A DNA stretch of 64,000 nucleotides from the human T2T-CHM13v2.0 reference genome, Homo sapiens. Made by a program: the position numbers and the translations under genes. Under the pieces are notes generated by a model. It saw only the letters and a program-made list of their open reading frames with translations. It did not search any database and had not been told where the DNA came from. The stretch lies in assembly GCF_009914755.1 (NCBI RefSeq), contig NC_060933.1. The stretch is one strand, 5' to 3'. Below, piece by piece: positions 33,187-45,999 of the stretch (positions are counted from its first letter, which is position 1; every line of letters starts with the position of its first letter).

Positions 33187-36100
33187 CTCTATCTCTTTCA
33201 GCTCGGTTCTGATCTTGGGTATTTCTTGTCTTCTGCTAGCTTTAGAGTTAGTTTGCTCTTGGTTCCCTAGTTCTTTTCATTGAGATGTTATGTTGTTAAC
33301 TTGAGATATTTCTAGCTTTTGATGTGGGTATTTAGTGCTATAAATTCCCCTCTTAATGTTGCTTTAGCTGTATCCCTGAGATTCTGGCATGTTGTCTCTT
33401 TGCTCTCATTAGTTTCAGAGAACGTCTTGATTTCTGCCTTAATTTCATTGTTTATCCAAGAATCATTCAGGAGCAGGTTGTTCAATTTCCATGTGGTTGT
33501 GTGCTTTTGAGTGAATTTCTTAATCTTGACTTATAATTTGATTTCACTGTGGTCTGAGAGACTGTTATGATTTCCGTTATCTTTTGCATTTGCTGAGGAG
33601 TGTTTTACTTCCAATTATGTCATCAATTTTAGAGTAAGTGTCATGTGGTGATGAGAAGAATGTATATTCTGTTGAATTTGGGTAGAGCGTTCTCTAGCTA
33701 TCTATCAGGTCCACTTGATCCAGAGCTGAGTTCAGGTTCTGAATGTCTTTGTTAATTTTTTGTCTTGATGATCTGTCTAATATTGACAGTTGGGTGTTAA
33801 AGTCTCCCACTGTTATTGTGTGGGAGTCTAAGTCTCTTTGTAGATCTCTAAGCACTTGCTTTATGAAAATGGGTGCTCCTATATTGGGTGCCTACATAAT
33901 TAGGATAGTTAACTCTTCTTGTTGAATTGAACCCTTTACCATTATGTAATGCCCTTCTTTGTCATTTTTTTTTTATCTTTGTTGGTTTAAAATCTGTTTT
34001 GTCCAAAACTGGGATTACGACCCCTGCTTTTCTCTGTTTTCTATTTGCTTGGTAAATTTCCCTCCATCCCTTTATTTTGAGCCTATGTGAATTTTTGCAT
34101 GTGAGATGGGCCTCTTAAAGACAGCATTCCAATAGCCCTTGGCTCTTTATCCAGCTTGCCATTCTGTGTCTTTTAATTGGGGTGTTTAGTCCATTTACTT
34201 TTAAGGTTAGTATTGTGAATTTGATCCTGTCATCATGATGCTAGCTGGTTATTTTGCAGGCTTTTTTATGTGGTTGCTACATAGTGTCACTGGTCTGTGT
34301 ACTTCAGTGTGTTTTGGTAGTGGCTGGTAACTGTTTTTCCTTCCTTCATATTTAGTGCTTCCTTCTGGACCTCTTGCAAGACAGGTGTGGTGGTGAAAAA
34401 TTCCCTCAGCATTTGCTTGTCTGAAAAAGACCTTATTTCTCCTTCACTTAAGAAATTTAGTTTGGCCAGGTATAAATTTCTGGGTTGGAAATTCTTTTCT
34501 TTAAGAATGTTGAATATTGGCTCCCAATCTCTTTTGGCTTCTAGGGTTTCTGCTGAGATGTCTGCTGTTAGTCTGATAGATTTCCCTTTGTAGGTGACCT
34601 GGCCTTTCTCTCTGGCTGTTCTTAACATATTTTCTTTCATCTCAACCTTGGAGAATCTGATGATTATGTGTCTTGGGGTTGATCTTCTCATGGAATGTCT
34701 TACTGGGGTCCTCTGCATTTCCTGAATTTCAATGTTGGCCTGTCTTGCTATGTTGGGGAAGTTCTCCTGGATGGTACTCTGAAGGATGATTTCCAACTTG
34801 GTTCCATTCATCCCATCTCTTTCAGGTACCCCAATCAGTCATAAGTTCAGTCTTTTTACATAATTCCATATTTCTCGGAGGTTTTGTTCATTCATTTTCA
34901 TTATTTTTTCTCTATTCTTTTCTGCCTGCCTTATTTCAGAAAGATAGTCTTCAAGCTCTGAGATTCTTTCCTCTGCTTGATCTATTCTGCTATTGATACT
35001 TGTGATTGCATTGTGACGTTCTCATGTTGTGTTTTTCAGCTCCATTGGGTTGGTTATATTCCTCCCTAAGCTGGCTATTCTGGCTATCAGCTCCTGTATT
35101 GTTTTATCATGATTCTTAGCATCTTTGTATGGGGTTACAACATGCTCCTTTAGCTCTGCAAAGTTTGTTATTACTCACTTTCTGAAACCTACTTCTGTCA
35201 ATTCAGCCATCTCAGCCTTAGCCCAGTTCTGTGTCCTTGCTGAAGATATGTTGCAGTCATTTGGAGGAGAAGAAACATTCTGCCTTTCTGAGTTTTCAGT
35301 GTTTTTGCATTGATTCTTTCTCATTTTTGTGGGCTTATCAGCCTTCAATCTTTGAGGTTGTAGACATTTTAACAAGGATTTTGTGGGGTTTTTTTTGTTG
35401 ATGTTTTTGTTGTTGTTCTTGTTTTTTGTTTCTTTGTTTTTCTTTTGACAGTCAGGCCACTCCACCGCATGGCTGCTGCCGTTTGCTGGGGGTCTGCTAC
35501 AGAGCCCAGTTGCCTCAGTTTCTCCCATACCTGGAGGTATCACCAATAAAGCCCACAAAACAGCAAAGATGGCAGCCAGTTCCTTCATCTGGAAGCTTCA
35601 TCCCAGGGTGGTACTGACCTGTTGCTGGCCCATACACACCTGTAGGAGGTGGCTGGAGACCCCCATTGGGAGGTCTCACCCAGTCAGGAGGAATGGGGTC
35701 AGGGATCCACCCAAAGAAGTAGTCTGGCTGCTTTTTGGTAGAGCATGTGTGCTACACTGAGGGAGATCCTTCCTTGTCCAGATCACCTGTATTCTCCAAA
35801 GCAAGCAGGCTGGAGTGGCTGAGTCAACCATACTGCGAGATGGGGGCCACCTCTTCCCATAGGAGCCGTGTCCCAGAGAGAGATCAAAGCTCTGTCTGTA
35901 GAATCCTGGCTGGACTGGCTGAAGCCCCTGCAGGGAGGTCTTGCCAAGTGAGGAGGAATGGATCAGGGTCCTCCTTAAAGAGGCAGTCTGGTGATGATCT
36001 GGCAAGGCAGCTGTGCTGTGTTGTGAGGGAGCCTTCCTCATCCAGACCATCTGTGTTATCCACAGCCAGCAGGCTGGAGCAGGTGAGTCAATGCAACAGC

Positions 36101-36742
36101 AGAAATGGAAGCTGCCCCAGGAAATTGGACCCATCTCAGGCGGACTCCACCCACTGCCATTGGCTGGCTGGGATTCCAAATCAATGGGCTTTAACTTGTG
36201 AGGTGCTGTGGAAGTGGGGCCTGCAAAATAACTCTGCCTGGCTCCCTGGATTCAGCCCCCTTCCTAGGGATATGTACAAATATATTTCCTACCTTACCAA
36301 GAATCCTGGGGCCAGAGTATGTAAAACTCCTGGATCTCTGTTTGTGCCTGAGCGACTACTCTGCCAAGACACCACATGGCTGTGTGTATCAGACCCAAGG
36401 CCCTAGTTGCACGGCTCCTGAGGGGATCTCCTGATCAATGGGTTGCAAAGATCTGTAGAAGCATGGTTTCCCAGGTGGGGGGGTACAATCACTCATCATT
36501 TCCCTTGACTGGGGATGTGTATTCCTTTGGCTCCATGCCACTTCTGGTGGGCTGTCCCCCAGCCCTGCCTACCCCCCTAGTTTTCTTCTTTATCTGTGGG
36601 TCAAGTTGTTTGCCTAGTCAATCTCAGTGCAAGAATCTCTATATCTCAGTTGGAAGTGCTGAATTCCCTCACACCTTTCATTCCTCTCTGTGAGGGCTGT
36701 GCACCACAGCTGCTTCTAATCAACTATCTTGGATCCCTGTCC
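33187..36742 (-). mobile_element. L1PA10-13-age element: intact 5' end, 5'UTR, ORF1 and first third of ORF2; 3' part missing
   Basis: 5' terminus CCAAGATAGTTGATTAGAAGCAGCTG on the minus strand. ORF1p frames at 35175-35588 and 34287-34811. ORF2 ends after [18 protein letters not shown] with no poly(A). Confidence 0.9.
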
Positions 36743-37264
36743 AAATTGTACAGATTTGACCCTGTCATTTTTTTCTTTAAATCGTTCAGTGCCCTTAGAG
36801 ACAGCCACCTTATGCTGTATTCCTTGAATTATTTTTACCCATCAGACAAGTCTGTCATGGCAAAAACAAGGAGCCCTCCTTTGCTTCAAACTTGCTTTCA
36901 ATCAGTTCTTCAATCATGGTTATCACAGGGAATACTTTAATTTTCTATTTCATAACTGTCATGTGCACCCAGCTGCCCATCCATTCATGATAATGGGATT
37001 TTCATTGTCCTTAGCAGTGATAGCAGACAAGCTTGCATTTATTCCATTTTACTCTAAATCTCCTATCTACCATGTAGTCTTGGTTTCAAAGGCTGTTCTT
37101 TGCATCCGAAACAATTTCTCTTGTTTGCATAGGGTTCTTGTTTCAGATGCAAGAAACAGCAGAATTGGTAGTATATGTAGACAATAAGGCTTGGAAAGTA
37201 GGCAGGAACCTATAGTAGATCAAAGGTGGGAGATAAATGTCCAGGGTATCACCAACAGCACTGT

Positions 37265-37370
37265 CTCCTCTGAATATGCACTACAATAGCAAAGATACAG
37301 AAGATTTGAACAACACATCTAACAAGTTTGATTTAAGGAGCACATATAGAACCTTGTACCCAACAGTGAG
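37265..37370 (+). mobile_element. Old L1M ORF2 endonuclease fragment
   Basis: Encodes SKDTEDLNNTSNKFDLRSTYRTLYP, homologous to L1 EN (NKDTQELNS...[11 protein letters not shown]). Confidence 0.7.
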
Positions 37371-39674
37371 AGTATCACCCATTCATCATAATGACACAAG
37401 CAACATTTTCAAACCTGCAGTCTGCCTTTCCTAAAGAAGACAGAGAAGGATAGTACTTGAAGTCATTTACAGGCCTTTTTTGCTTTGTGAATATAAACAG
37501 GGAATAAGCAGATGTCAAAAAGTTCCTTGTACTCCAGGAGGATACATGATATTAGACTATGATAGTTACAATTATAACTTTATATGTAATCATTGCATAT
37601 TGCAGTTATATTTTTGTGGAAAAATGAGGCCATGAACACTAGCTCAATGGTTAATCAGTTTCAATGACCAGTCTGTGGCGTAAACAAATCCTTACAGAAG
37701 CAAGTCACTTTAACGGTCTGTCTGTAGCTAAGGCTCCACTGAAATGAAAATTTACTAACACATAATTTTATAGATTATTTATAGATCAGTTATTTTAACC
37801 ATCTTACTCCTACCTCAAATCAACTGCAAGATTAAAGTGATCAGAATATTATGAGAAAAGGCTTTTTTTCAACTTTGGACAAGCCCTATATTTTTCAAAA
37901 TATCCAGTGTCTATATATCATATTTTGATTGGTATCGTGTCACAATCGCAATGATACTCTATGGCATTTTATGACAGCCAGAATACCAATTTAACTTTTA
38001 TGAGAAGGCCTTTATTCTTCATTTTTAAACCTTCTCTTTTAGTTTCAAGCATAACCAAAGTTCTACTTTGCAGTCTCCTTATACAGAAATTAACTACATT
38101 CCACTCAATTTGTTGAACATCAACTAATATTTAATGAGTACCCAGTGGCCACATGGCAGTGTAATAAGCATTCTTCTCTTTAAATATCTGTTTGTTCCTG
38201 GATTACTGTGTCTTTTTAAGATGCCGAGAATCTCAGCAGTTCACAACCTGAAAAATATAATAGGCCCCTTATGAAGAATTAACACTCTCTAAAATATCCC
38301 AGAAAAGAAAGAAAAAGAAACATCATGCCCCTGAATATTAATAAATACCACAGTTGTAAGTTTTTACAGAAAGAGTTATTCTATTTTTCAGATTTTGAAC
38401 AGCATTTTAATAGGTCCAGAATATTAAGAAGAAAAGAAAGTGAATAATGGAAGCACAAACTCTGCACCTAATATTCGCAAAGTTTACTAAGTACTTAAAG
38501 GAACTGTGTATTCCACATCCATTGAAACTAATAGATGCAGCGTTTTTGCAGGGGTGAGGGGTATCATTGATATAAACAATGGAACAATCAAGCAGAAATA
38601 GAATTACTATCTTAAAACATAAATATGAATATATTTTCCAATGACTAAAGGACTGACGAACTTGGTTATAGTTGGAGCTATGACTTCTTTCCTTGTTGGT
38701 GGAAAGGTGGGTGTGGGTGTAGGGGCCAGGGGCCATTAGCACATCTAGGAATTCTTTACACTCAGACTGAAGTCTAATGAGTATACTAAGAAAGTATAAT
38801 GCCCAGGCTATGTTTATCTAAAATAATGTATTGGAAACTGACGATGGGCAGTCTAGATAAGAAAATTACCAGAATCTACCTGTTAGCAGAGTGAATTGCA
38901 GATGGTCATCTACTCCACAGATTGGCAGGACTGAGCCTAGAGGTCAGCATTAGGAAAACATGGGCAACAGGAAAGCATTTTAAATATTTGTTGGTACACT
39001 TAATCTGATGGATATAATCCTGTTGACATATCTAGTTGGACAGATCTGTATGTGGTAGATTCATTTGTTAGACTTTCTGACAGGCTTATGTTTGCCAGAA
39101 GAGATGTGAAAACTTTCAGCATAGATAAGAAAAAGCCATGTGAAAACCATACGTATTGCAACAGACAGTGTGTTGTCTGAGAGGCAAGAAGATAACTTTA
39201 CCAGGAAAAAAAAAATGGCCATTTTATGAAAGCTATTAGTCCTTACCACCCTGCTTTCTACTATAAGAAGCAATGGAAAGTTCCTTTTCAAATATGAGAG
39301 TAGTTATAGCCCTGGTCTCCAAGAGCTTAGAGACTTCTGTAGTAGCTCTGATCAGATGCAGGTGTAAAGGATATGTGCCATGCTTAATACTAGGCATAGG
39401 GTATGGCACTTAACTTGCATTTTAGAAGCAATTTGAGTCAGACTCAGAAAGAGTAGTTATCTGACACTGGACAACAAAAAGTAAGGATGTGTTTTGCATT
39501 TTTCATTTAAAAATGCATTGGTGCTGCAGAGTGAGTTATATATATGTCCTCCAGTACTTAGAATCAAATTCTCAGTTTTCTCCAATGTAAAGAATTGGAA
39601 ATAAACCTAGAGGTGTGCCTACAAGGACTCACTGTAGAAATTTACCAAAGTTGTATCTGTGATAGTAAAAGCTA

Positions 39675-39895
39675 TCATCATTGAGCACTGTTTGTCAGGT
39701 ATTTCTCTCAGCACTTACGTAAGTTTTTTCGTTTAGTCCTCTTAATAGGCCTATGAATGAGGGACAATCATTACTCCATTATTATAGATGAGGAATTTGA
39801 GGCTCAGAATGCTTCTTCTGCAAATAGTCAGTGGTGGAGCTAGGACTGGAATCCAGGTCTGCCTAACTCCAGAACCATCAAACTTGCCACCTACT
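39675..39895 (-). mobile_element. MIR
   Basis: TAGATGAGGAATTTGAGGCTCAGA...GGACTGGAATCCAGGTCTGCCTAACTCCAGA. Confidence 0.85.
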
Positions 39896-40071
39896 AATTT
39901 ATTTTGAAGGATAGGATTTCTGGGATATATATGTATATATAGTCTTTCCTGTGTGAATGGTATTATTAAGAGTAATAATGAAAATTGTGATAACAATAAT
40001 GATAATTATGAAAACTGCTCTTAATTTAGGACTTACGTGCCAGGAACTGTAAGTACATTCTAAATATTATT

Positions 40072-40471
40072 TATTATGAACCGAATGTTTGTGTCCCATC
40101 AAAATTTATATGTTGAAGTCCTAATCCTCAATATGGATGTATTTCAAGGGGGGCCTCTAGGGAAGTAGTAGTTAAGGTTAAATGAGGTCATGGGGTGAAG
40201 CCCTGATCTAATAGGATTAGTGTCCCTATAAGAAAATCAGCAAAGTGTTCACTCCCTCACTCTCTGCACACTGACAAAGAGGAGGTCAGAAGAGGACATG
40301 GCCAAAAGTCAGGACTCTGCAACCCCAGGGGAGTGCCCTCAGCAGACATCAACCCTGCCAGCACCTTGATTTTGGACTTCCAGTCTAGAGAACTGTGAAA
40401 AAGTGAACTTCTGTTGTTTGAAACATCCAGTCTATGGTATTTTATTATGGCAGCCTGAGCGGACAAATGTA
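40072..40471 (+). mobile_element. MLT1A-type MaLR solo LTR inserted in an antisense MIR (~40010-40640)
   Basis: GAATGTTTGTGTCCC..CAAAATTTATATGTTGAA...CACCTTGATTTTGGACTTCCAG...GGCAGCCTGAGC. TSD TTATT/TTGTT. Confidence 0.85.
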
Positions 40472-41404
40472 TTGTTGTATTTCGTTCTCATAATACATAT
40501 GCCTTAGGTATCATTATTTTCCCAATTTAACAGACAAAGTAACTAAGTTTTAATTGTAAACTGTCACAATTAGTGAGTTTAAGAACTAGAATTTGACCAT
40601 GGATCTTTCCAACTCTAAATCTTATGTGCTTTAAAACTGTGACACACATTTTATCCTCATTCTGAAGAATCTCAATATACATTGGCCTACTGAGAAGTCC
40701 AGCAGAAACCCAGCCCCTTCACAGAATGCCATGGCCCATGGGGAACAGTCATGGAATCATTTTAGAGAATACTGATTCCAATATGAGTTAGAATTTTATA
40801 GTTACCGATTATGAAACATTTCTTACAGAAATGTATTCCCAAAGATACCCTGAAAATAAGTTAAAGAAGACAATTTGGCTCACAGAAACTTGTTAAATTC
40901 ATAATTTATTAGTAGTGCTTCAAATGGAGATAAGACATATGAATTCCTGAGTAGGCTGAATGAGCTTCTGTACTTTGAACAGATAGTAAGTATTCAACTG
41001 AAAATCAGGAAGACCACCTGCCAGATAGTTTTTCACATGTAAAAAAGCTGCATTGTATGTCTATAATTTCATTAAGGCTCAAATACATTAAACTTGGGAA
41101 AAGGTGAGTTATTATTAAAGATATTTTAAAATTAAAGTTTGCAAGTACTCATCTGTCAGAAATTGGTAGAGTTTCAAAATAGCCAATACCACAGACCCAC
41201 AAAGGAGCATTATGTAGACTGTTTATCCTACAAAGTTACCATAACCACTGCCATCATTGCTTGGTATAGATCTGCAGAACCGAAAGAAAAGAAAAATGGG
41301 TAGTAAATATTCAATGAACTAGAACAGAGATCAATGCCTTAAGTAGAATCTTCACATCTTCTTTTGTCATATATATCATAGCCTATTTTAATCTACCTGA
41401 ACTG

Positions 41405-43200
41405 TTATTTTTTAACAGATGTATTGAGATATTATTTACATACCAAACAATTCATCCATTTAGAGTGCATCATTCAATGGTTTTTAGTGTCTTCACAGAG
41501 TTATTCAACCATCACTACTCTCTAATTTTAGAACATTCTCATAACCTCCAAAGGAAACCTACTTATTAGTGGGCAGTCTCCATTTCCCCACAACCAACTC
41601 ACCTCCTCTCAGCTCTAGGAAACCAGTAATCTACCTTTTTTTTTTTCTTTTTTGAGACGGAGTCTCACTCTGTCACCCAGGCTGGAGGAGTGCAGTAGTG
41701 CCATCTTGGCTTACTGCAACCTCTGCCTCCAGGGTTCACTCCAGGGTTCAAGCAATTATCTTGCCTCAGCCTCCCTGAGTAGCTGGGACAACAGACGTGT
41801 CCCACCAAGCCCGGCTAATTTTTGTATTTTTAGTAGAGATGGGGTTTCACCATGTTGGCCAGGCTAGTCTCAAACTCCTGATCTCAAGTGATCTGCTCGC
41901 CTCAGCCTCCCCAAGTGCTGGGATTACAGAAGTGAGCCACCACGCCTGCTGTAATATACTTTTTATCACTTGTAGATTTTTCTATTCTGGATATTTCAGA
42001 TAAAATAAATTATATGATTTTTCGTGACTAGCTTTTTCCACTTAGCATAAAGTTTTCAAAGTTCATCTATTTGTTGCATAGATCAGGACTTTATTCCTTT
42101 TTATGTATGGCCAGCCAAGTAACATTTTGTTGTATGGGTATACCACATTTTGCTCATTCTGTCATTTGAGGGACTTTTGGATTGTTTTCACTTTGGGCTA
42201 TTATAAATAATCCTGCTATGAACATTCATAACATGTTTCCATGTGAACATAACTTTTTATTTATCTGGAGTGCTTATGTTGAAGTAGAATTGCTGTGTCA
42301 TATGGCAACTCTATGTTTTAATAAACTGTGTATTTTACAAGGAGCTTTACTATTTTACACTGCTACCAGAAGTATACAAGGGTTTAAATTTCTTTATATC
42401 CTCTTTAAAACATATTATTGTCTAACTTTTTAAATATAATCATCCAAACAGGTGTGAAGTGATACCTCAGTATGGCTTTTATTTTCATTTTGATGATGGC
42501 TAGTGGTGTTGAATATCTCTTCATGTGCCTTTTTCCATCTATCTATACTCTTCAGTAAACTGTGTCTTTTGCCCATTTTGTAACTGATTTTTTTTTTTCT
42601 ATTGAGTTTTGGGAGCCTTTTATGTATTCAAGATACTAGTATATCTGAAACATTGACTTTGTATCCTACAACCGTGCTGAACTTGTTTATTTGTTCTAGT
42701 TTTTATGTGTATTCCTTAGGATTTTCTATATGCAAGGTCATGTATTTAACGAGAGATAGTTTTACTGCTTCATTTTCAATCTTTAATATCCCTGGCAATT
42801 GCTTTGACTAGAACTTATAGTACAATATTTAATAGAAGCAGCAAAAGCAGACATCATTGTCTTGCTCCTAATTTTAAGGAGAAAGCACTCTGGTTTTTGC
42901 CATTAAGTATGAAGTTAGATTTGGATTTTTCATAGATATCCTTTATAAGATTGAGGAAGTTCCTTCCTATTCCTAGTTTGTTGAGTTTTTCTTTTTAATA
43001 AGTGAGTGTTGAATTTGTCAAATGCCTTTTATTCATTTCAATAGATGTTAGTTTTTGTCCTTTATTCTATTGCTATAGTGTATTGCATTTATTGACATTG
43101 GATGTTAAACTAGCCTTGTATTCCTGAGATCAATTATACTTTATTATGGTATATAATTCCTTCAATATGTTTCTGGACTTGAATTGCTGGAATTTTGTTA
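41405..43200 (-). mobile_element. L1MB-type element (3' end plus ORF2 pieces, internal deletion near 42640)
   Basis: Antisense L1MB 3'UTR start TATTGAGATATTATTTACATACCA. ORF2 RT-region sequence resumes after 42650. Confidence 0.8.
41636..41949 (-). mobile_element. AluS (Sx/Sz-like) inserted in the L1MB
   Basis: Antisense Alu with TSD-like GTAATCTAC / GTAATATAC and an internal 12-bp tandem duplication. Confidence 0.92.
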
Positions 43201-43519
43201 CTCGAACTGTTCTTACCCAGCTATTTAGTGACTTTATAAGGGTCAAACTGTTAAGTCCAATAGCATCTGTTCATTGATTTAGCATCTGAGATCATTCTCG
43301 ATTCTCCTCTAATATTTTCCTTTTCTCCTTTATCACATGAAAAGCCATCAATCTTTCAGGTCCTTCCCTTGGCTTTGCCTTTTTGTGTTTTCTCTGTTCT
43401 CATCTATTATAGATAGCACTTATCTTTACATATCCTCATCTAGATTGAATGTCTCTCAAAGTTAGGCTGTTATTTTTCTTCACTTTCCACAGTTCGTCAT
43501 ATGTGAAGACTTTCAAACT

Positions 43520-43647
43520 GTTCCTCCTCTTCCCTTTTCTTTCTTCCTTCTCCTTCCCCTCTTTCCTTTTCCCTTTCTCCTCCCTCCTTATCTGCTGTAT
43601 CCCTCTAACCCTCCTTATTTTCCTTTTCCTTTTTCTGGCTAAATAAA

Positions 43648-43680
<33 letters not shown>

Positions 43681-43701
43681 GTGTATGGAGAGAGAGAGAG
43701 A
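43520..43701 (+). repeat. Pyrimidine-rich low-complexity tract followed by (TG)n and (GA)n
   Basis: CT-rich 43520-43636, TG run 43648-43684, GA run to 43701. Confidence 0.85.
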
Positions 43702-43923
43702 ACACTTAAAGAAGAATGGAAATAAAGAAGACAGTTTTCTATTTAAGCACTAACTGTAAACTATTGATCATTGTGTCTTGGGAAGAGAATAGTAAAGATG
43801 GAAGTAAAGGAAAATACCTTGGAGTAGTTTTCACTTAATAAAATGTCAGTGAGTAGAATTAGGACAAAAGAGTGAGAACAGTCCCTTGTATCGATCAGAT
43901 TAAACATTTAAAGGATTTTAGGA

Positions 43924-44123
43924 CAGTGTTTCCCAGATTGTGCTTTAGATGTTAATATGTGTTTGGGGGTAAACTAAGTCATTTAAGTCTAGCAATTTTT
44001 ATGTAAAATAAAGCTAAACAATATTTAGAGATTCTAATAGATCGGCATATTGCCAATATTAAATGATCATAATAGTTATCATTTCTCAAACATATTTAAA
44101 CATGAGCCACCTGGAAAACACTG
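43924..44123 (+). mobile_element. hAT-Charlie MITE (MER103C/Charlie4-like)
   Basis: 13-bp terminal inverted repeats CAGTGTTTCCCAG ... CTGGAAAACACTG (12/13 match). Confidence 0.7.
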
Positions 44124-44576
44124 TAGCAGTCACCTAGGCATGCTTAGCTTTTAGATGGGGAATATCCATTGGCCATACCATTCAGAAATGTCAGGGTAGT
44201 GGATGAGATAACATGGTAGTAGTTTTTTTTTTTTAATTTTCTTGATAATTAAGTTTCGGCTCAACCATTATAAAGTCAGGCCATTAGATAAATATAATCA
44301 TGTGATGATTATAGATGATGTTTTACCTGAAACTACTCCCTCAGCATTTAAACTTGCCTCTTAGCCTCCAACTTATAGTTGCAAAAATAAAGAGAATAAA
44401 ATATTTTAAAGCAGTAGTATCACAACAAATATTAATAAAATAAAATGTGACTTAAGGCCAAAACAAAAAAATAAATTGTATATTTATTCATTAATGTTGT
44501 GGTTAAATACAAAGTCAGGCAGGGAAACATTTGCAATATAAGATATATAGGTACTTAAATTCTGCAATAAAACCAA

Positions 44577-45257
44577 TTTTTTAATTATTATTTTACTGTA
44601 AGTTCTGTGGTACATGTGCAGAATGTGCAGGTTTGTTACACAGGTATACATGTGCCGTGGTGGTTTGCTGCACCCATCAACCCGTCATCTACATTAGGTA
44701 TTTCTCCTAATGCTATCCCTCCCCAGGCCCCCACACCCTGACAGGCCCCGGTGTGTGATGTTCCCCTCCCTGTGTCCATGTGTTCTCATTGTTCAACTCC
44801 CACTTATGAGTGAGAACATGCAGTGTTTGGTTTTCTGTTCCTGTGTTAGTTTGCTGAGAATGATGGTTTCCAGCTTCATCCATGTTCTTGCAAAGGACAT
44901 GAACTCATCCTTTTTTTATGGCTGCACAGTATTCCGTGGTATATATGTTCCAAATTTTCTTTATCCAGTCTATCATTGATGGGCATATGGGTTGGTTCCA
45001 AGTCTTTGCTATTGTGAACAGTGCTGCAGTAAACATACGTGTGCATGTGTCTTTGCAGTAGAATGATTTATAATCCTTTGGGTATATACCCAGTGATGGG
45101 ATTGCTGGGTCAAATGGTATTTCTAGTTCTAGATCCTTGAAGAATTGCCACACTGTTTTCCAAAATGGTTGAACTAATTTACACTCCCACCAACAGTGTA
45201 AAACCATTCCTATTTCTCCACATCCTCTCCAGCATCTGTTGTTTCCTGACTTTTAAT
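44577..45257 (-). mobile_element. 5'-truncated L1PA7-like fragment
   Basis: Antisense 3'UTR GGTGGTTTGCTGCACCCATCAACCCGTCATCTACATTAGG plus the end of ORF2. Confidence 0.9.
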
Positions 45258-45532
45258 ATTTTTTAAAAAATTTTCTGTGAAATTTTCATATTGATAGTGC
45301 AGAAGGCACATGTATTTCAGTGACAAATTTGCTTTATCCAAAAAATTATATATATGAGAAAAGAATGAAAATGAAATATTTATTTAAAACTGCTTTTGTA
45401 TTTTTAGAGAAACAATTCATTTGTCCATTAGTAATGAAAATTATAGCTGCATTGTATTGTTTAAAATTTTAATTGGCTAATAATTATTACAAGCTTAGGT
45501 TGTCTTAGACGAAAGGGTTTCCATAATGGCAT

Positions 45533-45895
45533 TGTGATGGTTAATACTGATTGTCAACTTGATTGGTTTGAGGGATACAAAGTATTAATCCCGGTTGTGT
45601 CTGGATTCACATTTACGTCAGTGGGTTGGGGAAGGCAGATCCACCCTTAACCCGGTGGGCACAATCTAATCACTTTCCAATGAATATAAAGCAGGCAGAA
45701 AAAGTGAAAGAGACAGGCCTAGCCTCCCAGCCTACATCTTTCTCCTGTGCTGGATGCTTTCTGCTTTTGAACATCAGACTCCAAGTTCTTCAGTTTTGGG
45801 ACTCAGACTGGCTCTCCTTGCTCCTCAGCTTGCAGACAGCCTATTGTGGGACCTTGTGATCCAGTAAGTTAATGCTTAATAAACTCCCTTTTATC

Positions 45896-45956
<61 letters not shown>

Positions 45957-45999
45957 ATCTTATTAGTTCTGTCCCTCTAAGAGAACCCTGACTAATACA
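45533..45999 (+). mobile_element. MLT2A (HERV-L) solo LTR, MLT2A1/2-like
   Basis: TGTGATGGTTAATACTGA.TGTCAACTTGATTGG start and GAGAACCCTGACTAATACA end. TSD GGCAT/GGCTT. Confidence 0.92.
45897..45956 (+). repeat. (CTAT)15 tetranucleotide STR (GATA-type)
   Basis: 15 perfect units inside the MLT2A LTR. Confidence 0.97.

Noticed and set aside
35685-36406. 223-aa plus-strand ORF and an internal ~140-bp diverged duplication
   Set aside because: Both lie in a GC-rich L1 5'UTR. The ORF has a non-ATG start and no homology, and duplicated blocks are a normal feature of L1 5'UTRs of this age.
38200-38450. Two plus-strand acceptor-like sites followed by short open frames and an AATAAA
   Set aside because: Frames are under 25 codons and the motifs are common in AT-rich DNA. 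No independent support.
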